DNA from: Lingula anatina
Lineage: Eukaryota; Animalia; Brachiopoda
Assembly (NCBI GenBank): GCA_051362555.1
Contig: CM120646.1
Coordinates: 9,548,001 to 9,612,000, forward strand
DNA length: 64,000 bases
Direction of reading: 5' to 3'
The notes beneath the pieces were generated by a model. That model searched no databases. It saw only the letters and a program-made list of their open reading frames with translations, and had not been told where the DNA came from. Within the stretch, counting starts at the first letter, position 1. Each line of letters opens with the position of its first letter. The translations under genes and the position numbers were made by a program. Shown piece by piece: positions 1-14,000 of this stretch.

Positions 1-1411
1 ATGATACAAGGTCTTTAACAAGGAAAAACAAACAAACAAACAAAAAAAAAAGCATGAACTTTATCACAACTCAAATTAGAAAAATAAATACAATACAAGA
101 CAGAACTCCTCTTAAAAAATTTAATTTCCTAATGACTACCAAAAACAAAGAAAAACTCGATCATTGACTATGGATTTCTCATACTCTTCTGTTGTGCGTA
201 GATTTTACTGGAAACCAGTTATCGGTGAAACACCGATGGTGGATGTTGATGATCCAGTCGGCTGGCAGAAGTTAAGAAATGATAATAAACAGTAAGTAAT
301 TTATGTGTACTGATGCTTTCAATAATTTCTAAATAACAATAGGGTTTTAAAACTGGCCTGCAGCTGCCGGCGGGCAGGTTAAGTCCTTCTATCGTCTCAT
401 TCAAAAACAGCACAAATACATGATAACAATCTCTCCTGTCAAGTGGCAGTTCCTTTGTTTGGAACGGTGGTCTGAAAACTCGCTTTGACGAATCATGGGG
501 CGAGTTTCAATTGGGCACACTTTCTTGCGTTCGGAAAATTTAAATTGTGCCCAAGGTGAGTTTAGCGATCGTTCGTACAGAACGGAGACAAAAAATTCAG
601 ATTCAGAGAAAAAATGTTTCGTTCGTAATTATTGCGGCGTTCGTATAGATTGGAGAATTACCGTATGCATTATTCAAACACGTAAATATCATATAATATA
701 TTCAAATAGGACCTTCATTGCTGTCAAGTTTACCGCTATTTTCAGCTTAGTATGTCTACGTCATCATTTTGTGAATGGGAATACAGCGCACCAAGTGGTG
801 TGAAAAATAACTAGTTTTCACACGAAGCCCTCTATTGGCAAAATCCCCTAGCCCATCTTAGAATATTATGACTCAATTTATAAATTTTTTACATATGAGC
901 AACTTTTATAACATGAGTCAACAAAGTATCAATATTGTGACAGCCAACAGGGATTAAAGCTTTGCAAATATACATGCAGATTTGTGGCAAAAAGAGTTAT
1001 TTTTTATTTTCGCAACATTGATATGGTGATTTATTTTACAGATCTAGATCAGTACATATACAGTTAACCAACAAACACACCACCCACTTTTAAAAACAGG
1101 ACCAATTTTAACAAATAATATTTTATAAATTTACCCAAGGTCAGCAGTTCTTTTCTCACCGACACCAAGTTATTCCTGTACCAATCCATATTTGCATTTG
1201 AAATAACTTTTGTTTTTATAAGAATAATTTTTGTCTACAAGCCACGTCATGTATGCAAAAGCTTGCACATTAAACTTTATATACCCTACTTTTGGTGCAT
1301 GTTTCAAACCTACGCGTAAATAACATGACTAACTAGTTATACTGATGATCAATAAATATTATTATTATTAGCATCAGCTAGCACAGCACAAAAATATTTT
1401 CCATCTCTTAA

Positions 1412-1546
1412 AAGAATGTCAGAGGTTGTGACGGTGCTCAATGCTACACAGCATTTGGAAATGATAGGTGCTTCTGTGATAATAATTGCAGGCCAAGGAA
1501 TGGCAAAATGATTAATCCTGGTCCCATTCATGTTCTTCAAGCTTAG
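1412..1546 (+). pseudogene. Defensin/myticin-like Cys-rich peptide exon, copy 1 (probably disabled)
   Basis: Translates KNVRGCDGAQCYTAFGNDRCFCDNNCRPRNGKMINPGPIHVLQA*. It is an indel-free paralog of 22402-22536(-) with the stop at the same position (TAG vs TAA). The homologous splice acceptor is mutated (tctcttAA vs tctcttAG) and one Cys is lost. Confidence 0.45.
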
Positions 1547-2970
1547 AAAAATATCAAATTAAAAAGTAACATAAAAACACTTTTCTAACTGCAAATTTCT
1601 TTCCACACACACAACAACACGCACACTAAAATCAATATAAATAATAAATCACAATCTTGGTAAAGCTGGTAGAAAATACATACTGGGGTACATGTCTACA
1701 AACTACAGTGTTCACAACTATCACACTAATTATTGTACTGGTACATTTTGTTTCACAAAATACACAATATTTCTAACTTAAAACAAAGGAATAGTTTTAC
1801 AAATATAAGGTTTTTATTTCATGAAACAATTTTCTTTCACAAACTAATAAGCCAAGAGTACGCAGGTGTGTGTGTGTGTGCGAGTTTGTGTGTGATGAGA
1901 GAGAAAGAGAGCATATATAGCAGTCTACTTGCAAGACAAAAATAGAGTTATGGCAAAAAAAAACAATGCATACATGTAATGTACGATGCCGTATTCTCAA
2001 AAGCATTAGGATCTGTTCTCCTAACTTAAGAACCACATCCAACAGATACACTAGCACTAAAAAAAAAAAAAAAAAAAAAAAAAAAGATTGATTACGTGAT
2101 AGTCAATGAAAACGCATCATTTATTTTTCGAATAGTATTTTAAGTTCCTTTGGCACATTAAGAAAATAAGTTATAGTGTGAAATATGACCCATTATTCAG
2201 TCACACAAGGTGAAATAAAGATCAGAAAAGATCATTAAAATGCAAGGTCACGTGATCAAATTTCTTTGGTTCCGCCCAGCCTCCAGCATCCCCAGTCGCT
2301 CTTCCATTGTCAGACTTGGCATCACATTACTTTTTTTGTCATGTGTCCTACTGGATTTGGTGACTACCTTAAATAGGCTTATTTAATCACCATATATTGA
2401 ACCCGATTAATTCACACCAATCATGAGACAGGAAAAACACAATTTTGTAACAGCTGACCACAAAATCAATAAAGTGGACATTTTAAACATCTGAGTGGTC
2501 AGCCCACTCTCTTTTGACCAAAAAAGTGCATCTGTATTCGTTTATATGGTTGGAATCGATTCTAGGTAAAAGTACAAGAGTACAAAAGTACAAGAAAGTT
2601 TTCTGATGCGTGTTCATCGACTGTCAGTATATAAACCTCGTTGGAAATATCAAAAACCACCAAGTTACAGGTTTGGTCAATGCTCAAAAATTTTATATGT
2701 CCAAAAATGAATGTCAAACTATGGAAAAACCTGAACAGACAAAGGAAAAAGTCCATCTACATTTGGCACAATTCAAAAACACAGTTACAATGCCGCTTTG
2801 TGTGCGGCCATTTTGGAAGACGAATGTAACTTCAGAAAATACTCAATGAAATTGATACACAAACATTCCTTTGGGGTATAAAATGTAACTGAAGCATATG
2901 CTGTATCGTCTTTTTGAATTTATTAGTATATAAATCAACTAGTCATTGTATAAACATATGTACATCTTAC

Positions 2971-3093
2971 CTGTCTCAATGCCTTCTCCTCCCACCATTT
3001 TCCTTAGAGCTATCCGCTCCCTTTTTGAAAACGAGGCCAAATCTAATATTTTCCTAAATAACCGTCATATGAGCCAGTGGCTCCCGGGCTATG
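2971..3093 (-). pseudogene. Disrupted 123-nt phase1-1 exon of an unidentified gene (..RLFRKILDLASFSKRERIALRKMVGGEGIET)
   Basis: Flanked by ttttag acceptor and GTAAGA donor; paralogous to 20596-20716(+); in-frame TAG and TGA near its start. Confidence 0.5.
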
Positions 3094-4483
3094 CTAAAAA
3101 TGCATTTCATTTAAAAAAAAAAAAAATACTGGCAACAATTGCTTCCTTCCATGTTTCCCTTCACTGTTTGGAGATTGTTCAAGAGAAATAAACTAAAAAT
3201 CCACAGAAGTGTTTCTAAACACTCGAATTACAAAAATGCTCAACAGAAGACTGTACCCAAGTGGTATGAAAAATAATCAATTTGAATAGGATGCCATCTA
3301 CATCTTCACTACAGTACCAATGTGTGTTAAATAGTGCACATTGCCATTTCATACTTTACCCAGGAAATGACAAAGAAAACAACCATCAATATGTTCCTTT
3401 CAATGATAACTATTCTAAGTTTATTCATTACTGCAAGCAAAAAAAAAAAAAAAAAAAAAACAGAAAAAGGCTTTGTAAAAGACTAAATTATGCAATGTAA
3501 ACAATAAACAAACTTTATGATCAAGATATATATTGGTCTATATGAGCATCACAATATTAAGTGAACTGTTCATTGTTCATATATATATACTAGTACATGT
3601 ATATGTCACAGAGGCAAACTGCCCACATAAGATCACAAAAGATATGAAGAGCTGTACACTGTGGTCATCAGGATCACTCAGTTTCACACTTAAGTGCAGA
3701 TTCATATTTAAGAGTACATGAGGATAATTTTTATTTCAACCAAAACCAGGCTGCATGAAAACTACCAAGAGCTAATAAGTTGATGTGTTTTTTACAAATA
3801 CATAATCTGCATTTCATTGGAGGAATATAAACAGGAATATTAACAGTATAGTATAAACAGTATATCGCTTCTGGTACTGTCTGGTACCATTTATGATTCA
3901 GATGAAGAAATGCCTTTAATAATTTTGTTCTAAGTTGAAAATGCATACTACATATTAAATATTAATTTTAAACCATTTGTAATTTTTTCACTGCACTCTC
4001 TATTGACGGATTGCCTGCAGTTAAGTAAGGTGGAAAGGATAACACGTGGCTTTGTTTGCTGGCTGCTGCTGTCAGGTAGCAGGCCTGTAGCCAGGGGGGT
4101 TCGGGGGTTCAAAAGAACTGCCCTTTTTGTCAGAAAAAGGTCCATTCTTGGGTACTCTGCCACAGGTGTACTGGTAAGACATCTAGACATGAATCACTGG
4201 ATGACATGAATCACTAATTAATCCTGAATGACAGGTCTATACCAGTTCTCTTGCTGCCTTGTAACCACTCCCTGAAAAATGCACAACAGATAAAACTGAT
4301 TTTAATAAAATGTGAAACAACCAAAAGTTTCAGGCTATTGAGAGTTCAAGTACACACTTTGAAAATGCCAGAATAAGAAAAATGAAAATATTTCAAAAAT
4401 ATTATAAATTTAATGAAAAAAAGATATTCCTATAGAACTGGTTTTCTAATTTGAGCATCACAGGATAACCAAGGCTGTAAGCA

Positions 4484-4610
4484 GCATGGCAGGACAACAG
4501 AGACTGCCAAAACATGGCAAGACAAGTGTGACTGCCAGCATCATGGCAGGACAACTGAAACTTCCAGAACATAGCGGGACAACCGAGACTGCTAGCTGGA
4601 TGGCTTCAAC
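4484..4610 (+). repeat. Short, degenerate array (~4 monomers) of the 28/29-bp satellite
   Basis: catggcaggacaac..gactgcca units related to the 11085-14875 array. Confidence 0.8.
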
Positions 4611-5387
4611 GGCAGCCATTGTAATCCTTTCAGAATGGGAGTTATATGATGTGCACTATTGCACTTTATTTGACAAACCAGTTTTGCAGCCGAGTTTTGA
4701 ATAACTTGTAATTAATTTTTTTAATCTGATAGTCACATGTACCAGAGGAGACTTGCAGTAATCTTATCTTGATGATTTTTTTAAATGTATTTACTAATTT
4801 TTCAGTGGTTCTGTTATAAAACACTTTTCTTACTTTTCCAATGTGCATAAGATGCTGATTTACACACTTCAGATACATGCTTCCCCACACAGTGCCATTT
4901 TCATTGAGGGTAACTACCAGATCTTTTACAGAACTAGATGGTTTTATAAGAACATCTATGCAAATGTTGGCATTTGCTGCATTTTTCCTATTTGCTTTGA
5001 ACCTTGATGTAAACTACCCTCTACCAGGGCACAGTATTCATTCCAGGAATGTTTCAATATGGGACAAAGGGCCCCTATCATAAAAAGAAGTGGGTCATTA
5101 CATTTTGAAGTGGGCCCTTTTTCAAATCTTTAAATGATAATATGTAACACGTGTTTTACTGCTGTGGTTTTAATATTCAGAGATGAAAAATGCTTTATAT
5201 CATAAAAATAATATTTTGACTTGCAGGTTCACATTCAATAGGTTATCCCAACTTTCTAAAATAAGAGACTTCACGCTCGAAATTTTGTTTACAAATATAA
5301 GATTACACTGAAATATGTTGATTCTTTCACCAATAACCAAATTCTTACTAAAACAAGATTTTAAAACCATTTTTGGCTTCAATTTAT

Positions 5388-7408
5388 AAACAAGGCAGCA
5401 AAGCTGTCAAATGTACAGACAAAGAACAGAAAATAAAGATGCAAATAAGTGAAAAATTAAATTTTCACAAAAAACTGTTAAATTGCCAGAAAAATTTACC
5501 AAACAGACTGCGTTGCCTATTGAAGCTGTATGTTAGACCCATGTTTCTTTCCTGTAAGTTTGAGAACAATAAGTGACATGATTTCCCTTAAATGGTCAGC
5601 ATAGGAGCAGTGCCCAAAATAGGGGTTTCTTCAAATTTTGATGCAACATTACATAATGTTTAACAGCATAATGACAATCAAATGTTATTAATAAAATATT
5701 AGTAACATGGACATTCAGAAAATGTGACAAGCAAAAGTCTTCAAGATCATGGAACTTTAAAGTCACACCTTGAAAATGCCAATATGTGAAAAATTAAATT
5801 TTCACAAAAAACTGTTTAACTGCCAAAAAAAATAAATAAATAAATAAAAATACCAAACAGACTGCATTGCCTACTGAAGCTGTATTTTAGTCCCATGTTT
5901 CTTTCCTGTAAGTTTGAGAACAGTAAGTGACATGATTTTCCTTAAATGGTCATCATGGAAGCAGTGCCCAAAATAGGGGTTTCTTCATTTTTTGATGCAA
6001 TATTACATAATGTTTAACAGCTTAATGACCATCAATTTTTAATTATAAAATATTTGTTTCACAGATATTCAGAAAATGTGACTAGCAAAGGTCTTCAGGC
6101 CCATGGAACTTCAAAGTCACTCCTTGAAAATGCCAAAATGTAAACAAGACAGCACTGTTCTGAAATGGGTTTATTTCCATTTTTAACACTTTTTTAACAT
6201 AAAACAAAATAAACATTTTACTGCCATTTTATATGACCAACTAAGAAAATTGATGAGATGGGAAAAGTATCAATAGAACAGTGTTAAATGTCCAATTTCC
6301 TCCATTCTGAGATTCTGAACATAGTGGATGATTGAATCTGACAAACTGCAATGATATGAGTTTATTTCCATTTTTGACACTTTATTACACAATACATGAT
6401 AACAAGTTTACCATGTTTTTTACATAATCAACTAACAATGTTGTAAAGATGCAGGAAATATCAAACAAACACTTTTAGGCATCTTATTAGTTAAATAATG
6501 AGACTGCTAACATGCCTAATAATTGAAGCTGAGGAAATGTGAAAAACAGTATAACTTCTAAAATAATGGCCCGATTATGCTGATTTTCGAACTCAACCTG
6601 CGTTTTAGTAAGATTGACCACTCCTGTGAGTATAATTACAATTGGCCAATCCGTTTTTCTTATATTGTGTTATCAGTGTTGTATTTATATTGAAAATAGT
6701 GAAAAAACAGCATAAATTCCCTAAAAATGGCCCAATCATGCTGATTTTCGAACTTGACCTGCGTATTATGAATATTCATCAGTTCTGTAAGTTTCAAGTC
6801 AAAAGGTAAAATGGTTTTCCACTTATCGTGTTATCGGTGCTGCAAATATGCTGAAAAAAGTGAAAAAACAGCATAAATTCCCTAAAAGTGGCCCGATCAT
6901 GCTGATTTTCGACCTTGACCTGCGTATTATGAATATTCATCAGTTCTGTAAGTTTCAAGTCAAAAGGTAAAATGGTTTTCCACTTATCGTGTTATCGGTG
7001 CTGCAAATATGCTGAAAAAAGTGAAAAAACAGCATAAATTCCCTAAAAGTGGCCCGATCATGCTGATTTTCGAACTTGACCTGCGTATTATGAATATTCA
7101 TCAGTTCTGTAAGTTTCAAGTCAAAAGGTAAAATGGTTTTCCACTTATCGTGTTATCGGTGCTTCATATATGCTGAAAAAAGTGAAAAAACAGCATAAAT
7201 TCCCTAAAAGTGACCTGATCATGCTGATTTTCGAACTTGACCTGCGTATTATGAATATTCATCAGTTCTGCTAGTTTCAAGTCAAAAGGTAAAATGGTTT
7301 TCCACTTATCGTGTTATCGGTAAAAGTGCACGGCGACGGCGACGACGGCGACGACAGACGCAGATGATGGCTATATGTACAGACACATCTGTGTCTGTAC
7401 ATAAAAAA
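5388..7408 (-). mobile_element. HINE / non-autonomous Helentron (DINE-1-like) with internal tandem repeats
   Basis: 5' T-run plus palindrome TGTACAGACACAGATGTGTCTGTACA, then (GTC/GCC)n microsatellite and 161-bp tandem units. The 3' end has subTIR TGTCTGTACA, hairpin GACAGC-TTT-GCTGCC and CTTGTT. An internal ~340-355-bp duplication spans 5450-6140. Homologous to 62415-64000. Confidence 0.8.
6540..7322. repeat. 161-bp tandem repeat, about 4 near-identical copies plus 1 diverged, inside the HINE
   Basis: gtgaaaaaacagcataaattccc recurs at ~6699, 6860, 7021 and 7182. Confidence 0.95.
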
Positions 7409-7519
7409 ACCATGAAATTTAATTAATTATATAAGGTGAGATAGCACATAAAAAGCTACCAGATTGAATGATATCACAAACATAAAAATCACTAAGAGAA
7501 TCTGTCCCTTTTTTGATAC

Positions 7520-9983
7520 CTACAAAGTGTGTATCGGAAGGATGAGGGAGATTGCAGCCAGCTTCAACAAATTGGGAAAGTCTTCACTATGGTGTGTTTT
7601 GATAATGCTCCACAGTTTGCAGGTGGCATCTCTCGCATACCCCATTCTGAAAACCAATTCTTCGAGTTTAGACCATTCACTCATACCTCGTTTTTCAATT
7701 ATTATTGGCACTGATTTGGACCCATGATGTTCAATAATGTTACCATAATGGCTAGCAAGTTTCTGTATAGGGACTTCACCCCAATTTTCTCTTTCTGACT
7801 CAGACAAAAAGCTTAGTGGTCTCATGCTCAAATACCCAAATGCTGTTACCATATCCAAGTGATCCTGGGGAAATCTGGCATTTATGTTGTTAATGAGATT
7901 GTCAATAAATTGACACTGAATTGCCTTGCATTGTTTTTCATAATTAGCACAACAAGTCAGAAGGTGGTCCCTGAAGAATTTACGTTGACCTGTTCCCACT
8001 TTCAGGAGAAATTCCTCGATGTAGCTGCCAGGTTTACCAGACAACCCTTCACTACTTGTGGCATGGTCCCTGTGCTTTTGCAGTTCTCTCAATGCATGCT
8101 TCACATTAACATCCACCAAGGCTGGGTCAAGATCTTTCTTTTGGAAGAGTAAACATAGCTCTGTGACAATGCTAAGGATGGACAAAAGCATATGGGTGAC
8201 AAAAACAAAACTGAATTGTGAAAGTTTCTTTGCAAAACCTTTTGCCTTGGCATCACTTGCCCCCATTTCAGACATATAGGACACTAATGACCCATAAGTC
8301 CTGTAGATTGTTTCTATTGCTTTGTAGTAGGGCAACCATTGAACCTCATGGACTTCACTGTACTTTAAAATAGGTTCATCCAGCAGCTCCTGAATAGCTG
8401 TGATTCTGTTTACCCTGACAGATGATGCTTTAAAGTAATAAAATATACTGGTAATAGTTGATTGATAGTCCTTCATATAGTCTATAGCATTTGCTGCCTG
8501 GCTAGTACATAAAGCCAATCTGTGGGCAATACAGTGTATGTGAACCATCGCAGGATTTTCAGCAAGCAGTCTGCCTGCAACTCCATTTCCCATGCTGGTC
8601 ATGCTCCCTGCACCATCAGAACCAAAACCATATATCTTACTAAGGGGGATCTCCTTTGATTTAAGATAGTCTTTGATAGCTGCTGCAACTGTGGCACCCT
8701 TGCCATCTGTGACATTTATGTCGGCTACAAAGTGGGTAGAAGGAACAAAGTTATCATCTAAAAGTCTGACACATATAACCAACTTTTTTGTTACTGTTAT
8801 ATCAGTGCTCTCGTCTGCTAGTATTGTTAGAAATGGTGAAGACTTCATTTTCTGAAGCAAGTCTTCCTCAACTGTGGCAGCAATAGCAGCAACCATATCC
8901 CACCCTGCTGTATCAGAATTATACTTTGCATTGTCTCCTTGGTCTAAGTATGATAGGTTGGGGCAATCCAGGTGCAGTAGCAACTCTATTAGGCTTCCAA
9001 ACTTTCGAATTGCTATGCCCTCTTGAACTAGCCAGTACACGGACTTCATTGCTGACATGATTGCTCCATCTTTACCTAAAAATGTTTTATAAACATTACT
9101 TTAAATTTGAATTTGGACATTATAACATGCATAAAATGTTAAATAGTGTTGAAGGTACCTGCAAACATTACTCCAGCACACAATCCCTTACTTTATTTTT
9201 CCCTTAATCACCATGAACAGAGACCAAATCTCTCGACACACTTAAATTATGAAAAATGAATGTGAAAATTTTATCTATATATATACAAAAAATAATGTTC
9301 AGGGAAAAAACATGAGCGTTATGCCCTGTGTCAATGCTACGCAGCAAATGCATTGTTTACATAGTTGTTCAGCATTGCGATATCCCAGAATGCACTTTCG
9401 AGAGTTCTTCAACCTACACAAATATAACTACAACACGTGGGTCCGGGACCGTCAGGATAATCAACAACGTACACTAGTGTCACTTTGATGGCTCATGCTC
9501 CGTGTTACAAATAAATATTGACAAAAAATAATATCTTACCTTCTAAAGCTCTGCAAAAAGCCTGTTTAGCTTGAGCTGATTCCGACGTTTCTTGTATGGC
9601 AAGCTTGTGGTCATTAGATGTCTCATGGTGCATAAGGGTACTGGTTCGAAAGTTATTAGTCCCTTAAAAAAATATATTGTCCTTTTTTTCAACACATCAG
9701 CTGCAATACATCAAGTTTGCGTTATTGTCATATACAAGCCACTTGTAAGTATCTCTCCACTTTTTTTGGAATGATCTTGAAGTTGCATTGCTAGTTGACG
9801 CGGTATCAGAAGTCGTGACAGCAGCACATACATCTACTTTAGCTCTCTTCTCCGGTGGAAATGTCTGCTGTGTATGATCATTGTCTCCGTCGCTACTATT
9901 CTGATCCGTTTTAGGGTGATCTTTGGGATCAACTTTCTTAAAAAAAACTTAAAATAACACTTTGCTTCTTCTCCGCCATCATG
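7520..9983 (-). pseudogene. ZNF862-like hAT transposase, two exons (9540-9983 frameshifted; 7520-9075 open), C-terminus truncated
   Basis: 512-aa ORF with hAT motifs LADESTDI, FGSDGA, HCIAHRLAL, EVQWL and FPNLLKLAAISLILPIHT. The upstream exon has MAEKKQS..FF and GTNNFRTSTLMHHETSNDH (zinc-finger-like). A GT-AG phase-1 intron spans 9076-9539. The CERGFS tail is missing. Confidence 0.9.
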
Positions 9984-11084
9984 TACAATGTACGGGTTGA
10001 TCAATTGATTTACATGGACAATTAATCTCAGCCTATCAGGGATTCAAGAAAGGAGGGGCGATCGCCACTGATTTGCATAAAAAGCATGACGTCAGCATAA
10101 ATTAAGATATTTGTTAAAAACTGCGACGAGCAAAGAATATCTTCATTACGTCGAACAAAAGATCTTGATGTCAAGAGATGTCGAGTAAACAATCAAACTT
10201 CGGTCGTGAATTTGCCGAATTGGAGGGCGCGTTTAGAACACAAAAATGCGCTGCTGTTAATTCTCTTGAATTTTGTTGGCGCAGCTCACTCTAGGAATTG
10301 CGTCAACCTAATTTTTTCTGCGCCAATGACGCAAGGGCGCATCCTAGAATGAACACTGAGGGCAACAGATTGATTTTCCACAGATATTCACAGATACGTC
10401 TCTAGATAAGTAGACGATCATTTTGGTCTGATGTCACCCTGTACTCAAATCTCAAGGATGATTACATGGCTTGTAAATGTTTGCATAACTACTCAGGCAT
10501 GGTCACTTAGCAAGTCCCTGCAAAGTCCCCTTGACAGTAATCAAGATAGTGAATTGCTCATCTGTGACAATAAAACAGCCCTTTAACAGACAGACAAGAC
10601 AAGGCAGGTTGCATAACAAGTGTTAATCATATTGGCGCAAAGCCCAGCTCTCATTGAGGTCCTGCAGAGCAAGTACAAAGCCTTCTGTCTGCGTGCAGAA
10701 TTAATTGTTTCCTCCTGGCCAAACATAACAGGGTTGCCTCAGCAAATATGTCCACAATAATAACTGCGGCCCTTGGCGAGGGTTGATGTAAACCATATCA
10801 ACTCGACCTTAGTATCATTTAAAGCCAACATGTTCACTTTCATCCATTACTCGAAAACTCTGCAAGACAATCCTCCATAGGAGTGATTGTTGCAGACTGG
10901 TTGCTCTTGCATGTAACATAAAACTTGTATGTCAGCTGCAAAAATGACAGTGTTCAGACCATGTTAAAGTATGATATTTTCTACAGGTTACATGTATAAT
11001 AATGAGAATAGGATTGGACTTAACATTGCATCAAGGGAGGGCAGCCGAGACTAACGGCTTCATAGGAGAACCACAAATACTGCC

Positions 11085-14000
11085 ATCATCATTGCAGGAC
11101 AGCCGAGACTGCCAGAACATGGCAGGACTACCGTGACTGCCAGAACATGGCAGGACAACCGAGACTGCCAGAACATGACAGGACCACCGAGACTGCCAGA
11201 ACATGGCAGGACCACCGAGACTGCCAGAACATGGCAGGACCACCGAGACTGCCAAAACACGGCAGGACCACCGAGACTGCCAGAACATGGCAGGACCACC
11301 GAGACTGCCAGATCATGGCAGGACCATCGAGGCTGCCAGCATCATGGCAGGACAACCGAGACTGCCAGAACATGGCAGGACCACCGAGACTGCCAGAACA
11401 TGGCAGGACCACCGAGACTGCCAATGTCATGGCAGGACGACCGGGACTGCCAATGTCATGGCAGGACGACCGGGACTGCCAATGTCATGGCAGGACGACC
11501 GGGACTGCCAGTGTCATGGCAGGACAACCGGGACTGCCAGTGTCATGGCAGGACAACCGAGACTGCCAGTGTCATGGCAGGACAACCGGGACTGCCAATG
11601 TCATGGCAGGACAACCGGGACTGCCAGTGTCATGGCAGGACAACCGAGACTGCCAGTGTCATGGCAGGACAACCGAGACTGCCAGTGTCATGGCAGGACA
11701 ACCGGGACTGCCAGTGTCATGGCAGGACAACCGAGACTGCCAGTGTCATGGCAGGACAACCGAGACTGCCAGTGTCATGGCAGGACAACCGGGACTGCCA
11801 GTGTCATGGCAGGACAACCGGGACTGCCAGTGTCATGGCAGGACAACCGGGACTGCCAGTGTCATGGCAGGACAACCGGGACTGCCAGAACATGGCAGGA
11901 CAACCAAGACTGCCAGAACATGGCAGGACCACGTAGACTGCCAGTTTCATGGCAGGTCAGCCAAACCAGCCATCAGAATGACAGGACAGCCGAATCTGCG
12001 AGAACGCTGGCAGGACAACCAATGTCTGCCAGCTACATGGCAAGACAACGTAGACTGCCAGTTTCATGGCAGGACAGCCGAACCTGCCATCAGAATGACA
12101 GGACAGCCGAATCTGCGAGAACGCTGGCAGGACAACCAATGTCTGCCAGCTACATGGCAAGACAACTGAGACTGCCAGAACATAGCAGGACAACCGAGAC
12201 TGCCAGAACATGGCAAGACCACGTAGACTGCCAGTTTCATGGCAGGTCAGCCGAACCTGCCATCAGAATGACAGGACAGCCGAATCTGCGAGAACGCTGG
12301 CAGGACAACCAATGTCTGCCAGCTACATGGCAAGACAACTGAGACTGCCAGAACATGGCAGGACAACCGAGACTGCCAGAACATGGCAGGACCACGTAGA
12401 TTGCCAGTTTCATGGCAGGTCAGCTGAACCTGCCATCAGAATGACAGGACAGCCAAATCTGCGAGAACGCTGGCAGGACAACCAATGTCTGCCAGCTACA
12501 TGGCAAGACAACTGAGACTGCCAGAACATGGCAGGACAACCGAGACTGCCAGAACATGGCAGGACCACGTAGACTGCCAGTTTCATGGCAGGTCAGCCGA
12601 ACCTGCCATCAGAATGACAGGACAGCCGAATCTGCGAGAATGCTGGCAGGACAACCAATGTCTGCCAGCTACATGGCAAGACAACTGAGACTGCCAGAAC
12701 ATGGCAGGACCACGTAGACTGCCAGAACATGGCAGGACCACGTAGACTGCCAGTTTCATGGCAGGTCAGCCGAACCTGCCATCAGAATGACAGGACAGCC
12801 GAATCTGCGAGAACGCTGGCAGGACAACCAATGTCTGCCAGCTACATGGCAAGACAACTGAGACTGCCAGAACATGGCAGGACAACCGAGACTGCCAGAA
12901 CATGGCAGGACCACGAGACTGCCAGTTTCATGGCAGGTCAGCCGAACCTGCCATCAGAATGACAGGACAGCCGAATCTGCGAGAACGCTGGCAGGACAAC
13001 CAATGTCTGCCAGCTACATGGCAAGACAACTGAGACTGCCAGAACATGGCAGGACAACCGAGACTGCCAGAACATGGCAGGACCACGTAGACTGCCAGTT
13101 TCATGGCAGGTCAGCCGAACCTGCCATCAGAATGACAGGACAGCCGAATCTGCGAGAACGCTGGCAGGACAACCAATGTCTGCCAGCTACATGGCAAGAC
13201 AACTGAGACTGCCAGAACATGGCAGGACAACCGAGACTGCCAGAACATGGCAGGACCACGTAGACTGCCAGTTTCATGGCAGGTCAGCCGAACCTGCCAT
13301 CAGAATGACAGGACAGCCGAATCTGCGAGAACGCTGGCAGGACAACCAATGTCTGCCAGCTACATGGCAAGACAACTGAGACTGCCAGAACATGGCAGGA
13401 CAACCGAGACTGCCAGAACATGGCAGGACCACGTAGACTGCCAGTTTCATGGCAGGTCAGCCGAACCTGCCATCAGAATGACAGGACAGCCAAATCTGCG
13501 AGAACGCTGGCAGGACAACCAATGTCTGCCATCTACATGGCAAGACAACTGAGACTGCCAGAACATGGCAGGACAACTGAGACCGCCAGAACATGGCAGG
13601 ACCACGTAGACTGCCAGTTTCATGGCAGGTCAGCCGAACCTGCCATCAGAATGACAGGACAGCCGAATCTGCGAGAACACTGGCAGGACAACCAATGTCT
13701 GCCAGCTACATGGCAAGACAACTGAGACTGCCAGAACATGGCAGGACAACCGAGACTGCCAGAACAAGGCAGGACCACGTAGACTGCCAGTTTCATGGCA
13801 GGACAGCCGAACCTGCCATCAGAATGACAGGACAGCCGAATCTGCGAGAACGCTGGCAGGACAACCAATGTCTGCCAGCTACATGGCAAGACAACTGAGA
13901 CTGCCAGAACATGGCAGGACAACTGAGACTGCCAGAACATGGCAGGACCACGTAGACTGCCAGTTTCATGACAGGTCAGCCGAACCTGCCATCAGAATGA

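Larger units (their letters stand above)
1100..3100. repeat. Old inverted segmental duplication, arm 1 (partner ~20590-22870)
   Basis: Collinear reverse-complement blocks: 1170-1222 vs 22810-22860, 1380-1550 vs 22400-22570, 1690-1810 vs 22000-22110, (GT)/(GA) tract vs (CT)/(CA) tract at 21450-21585, and 2900-3090 vs 20600-20790. Ends are approximate. Confidence 0.75.
5032..10358 (-). mobile_element. hAT-superfamily transposon with 6-bp TSD (hAT6-like)
   Basis: TIRs CAGTATTCATTCCAGGA and TCCTAGAATGAACACTG; TSD AGGGCA at 5026-5031 and 10359-10364; encloses a hAT transposase gene. Confidence 0.85.
5015..10784. mobile_element. Academ(H)-like non-autonomous element, split by a hAT insertion
   Basis: Termini TACCCTCTACCAGGGC and GCCCTTGGCGAGGGTT form an imperfect inverted repeat. 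The 9-bp direct repeat GATGTAAAC lies at 5006-5014 and 10785-10793. The paralogous empty site near 15110 has one copy. A partial second copy starts at ~41000. The superfamily is inferred from the termini and 9-bp TSD. Confidence 0.65.

Noticed and set aside
1349-1540. 63-aa minus-strand ORF MKNMNGTRINHF..
   Set aside because: Starts at TTG and is the in-register antisense of the Cys-rich frame; kept only as the alternative hypothesis.
1412-1546. Somatomedin-B domain (CxCDxxC)
   Set aside because: The downstream DCCxDY motif is absent in both copies.
7520-9058. Domesticated host gene ZNF862
   Set aside because: Flanked by TIRs and a TSD, first exon frameshifted and C-terminus lost; it is a transposon copy, so no symbol is assigned.
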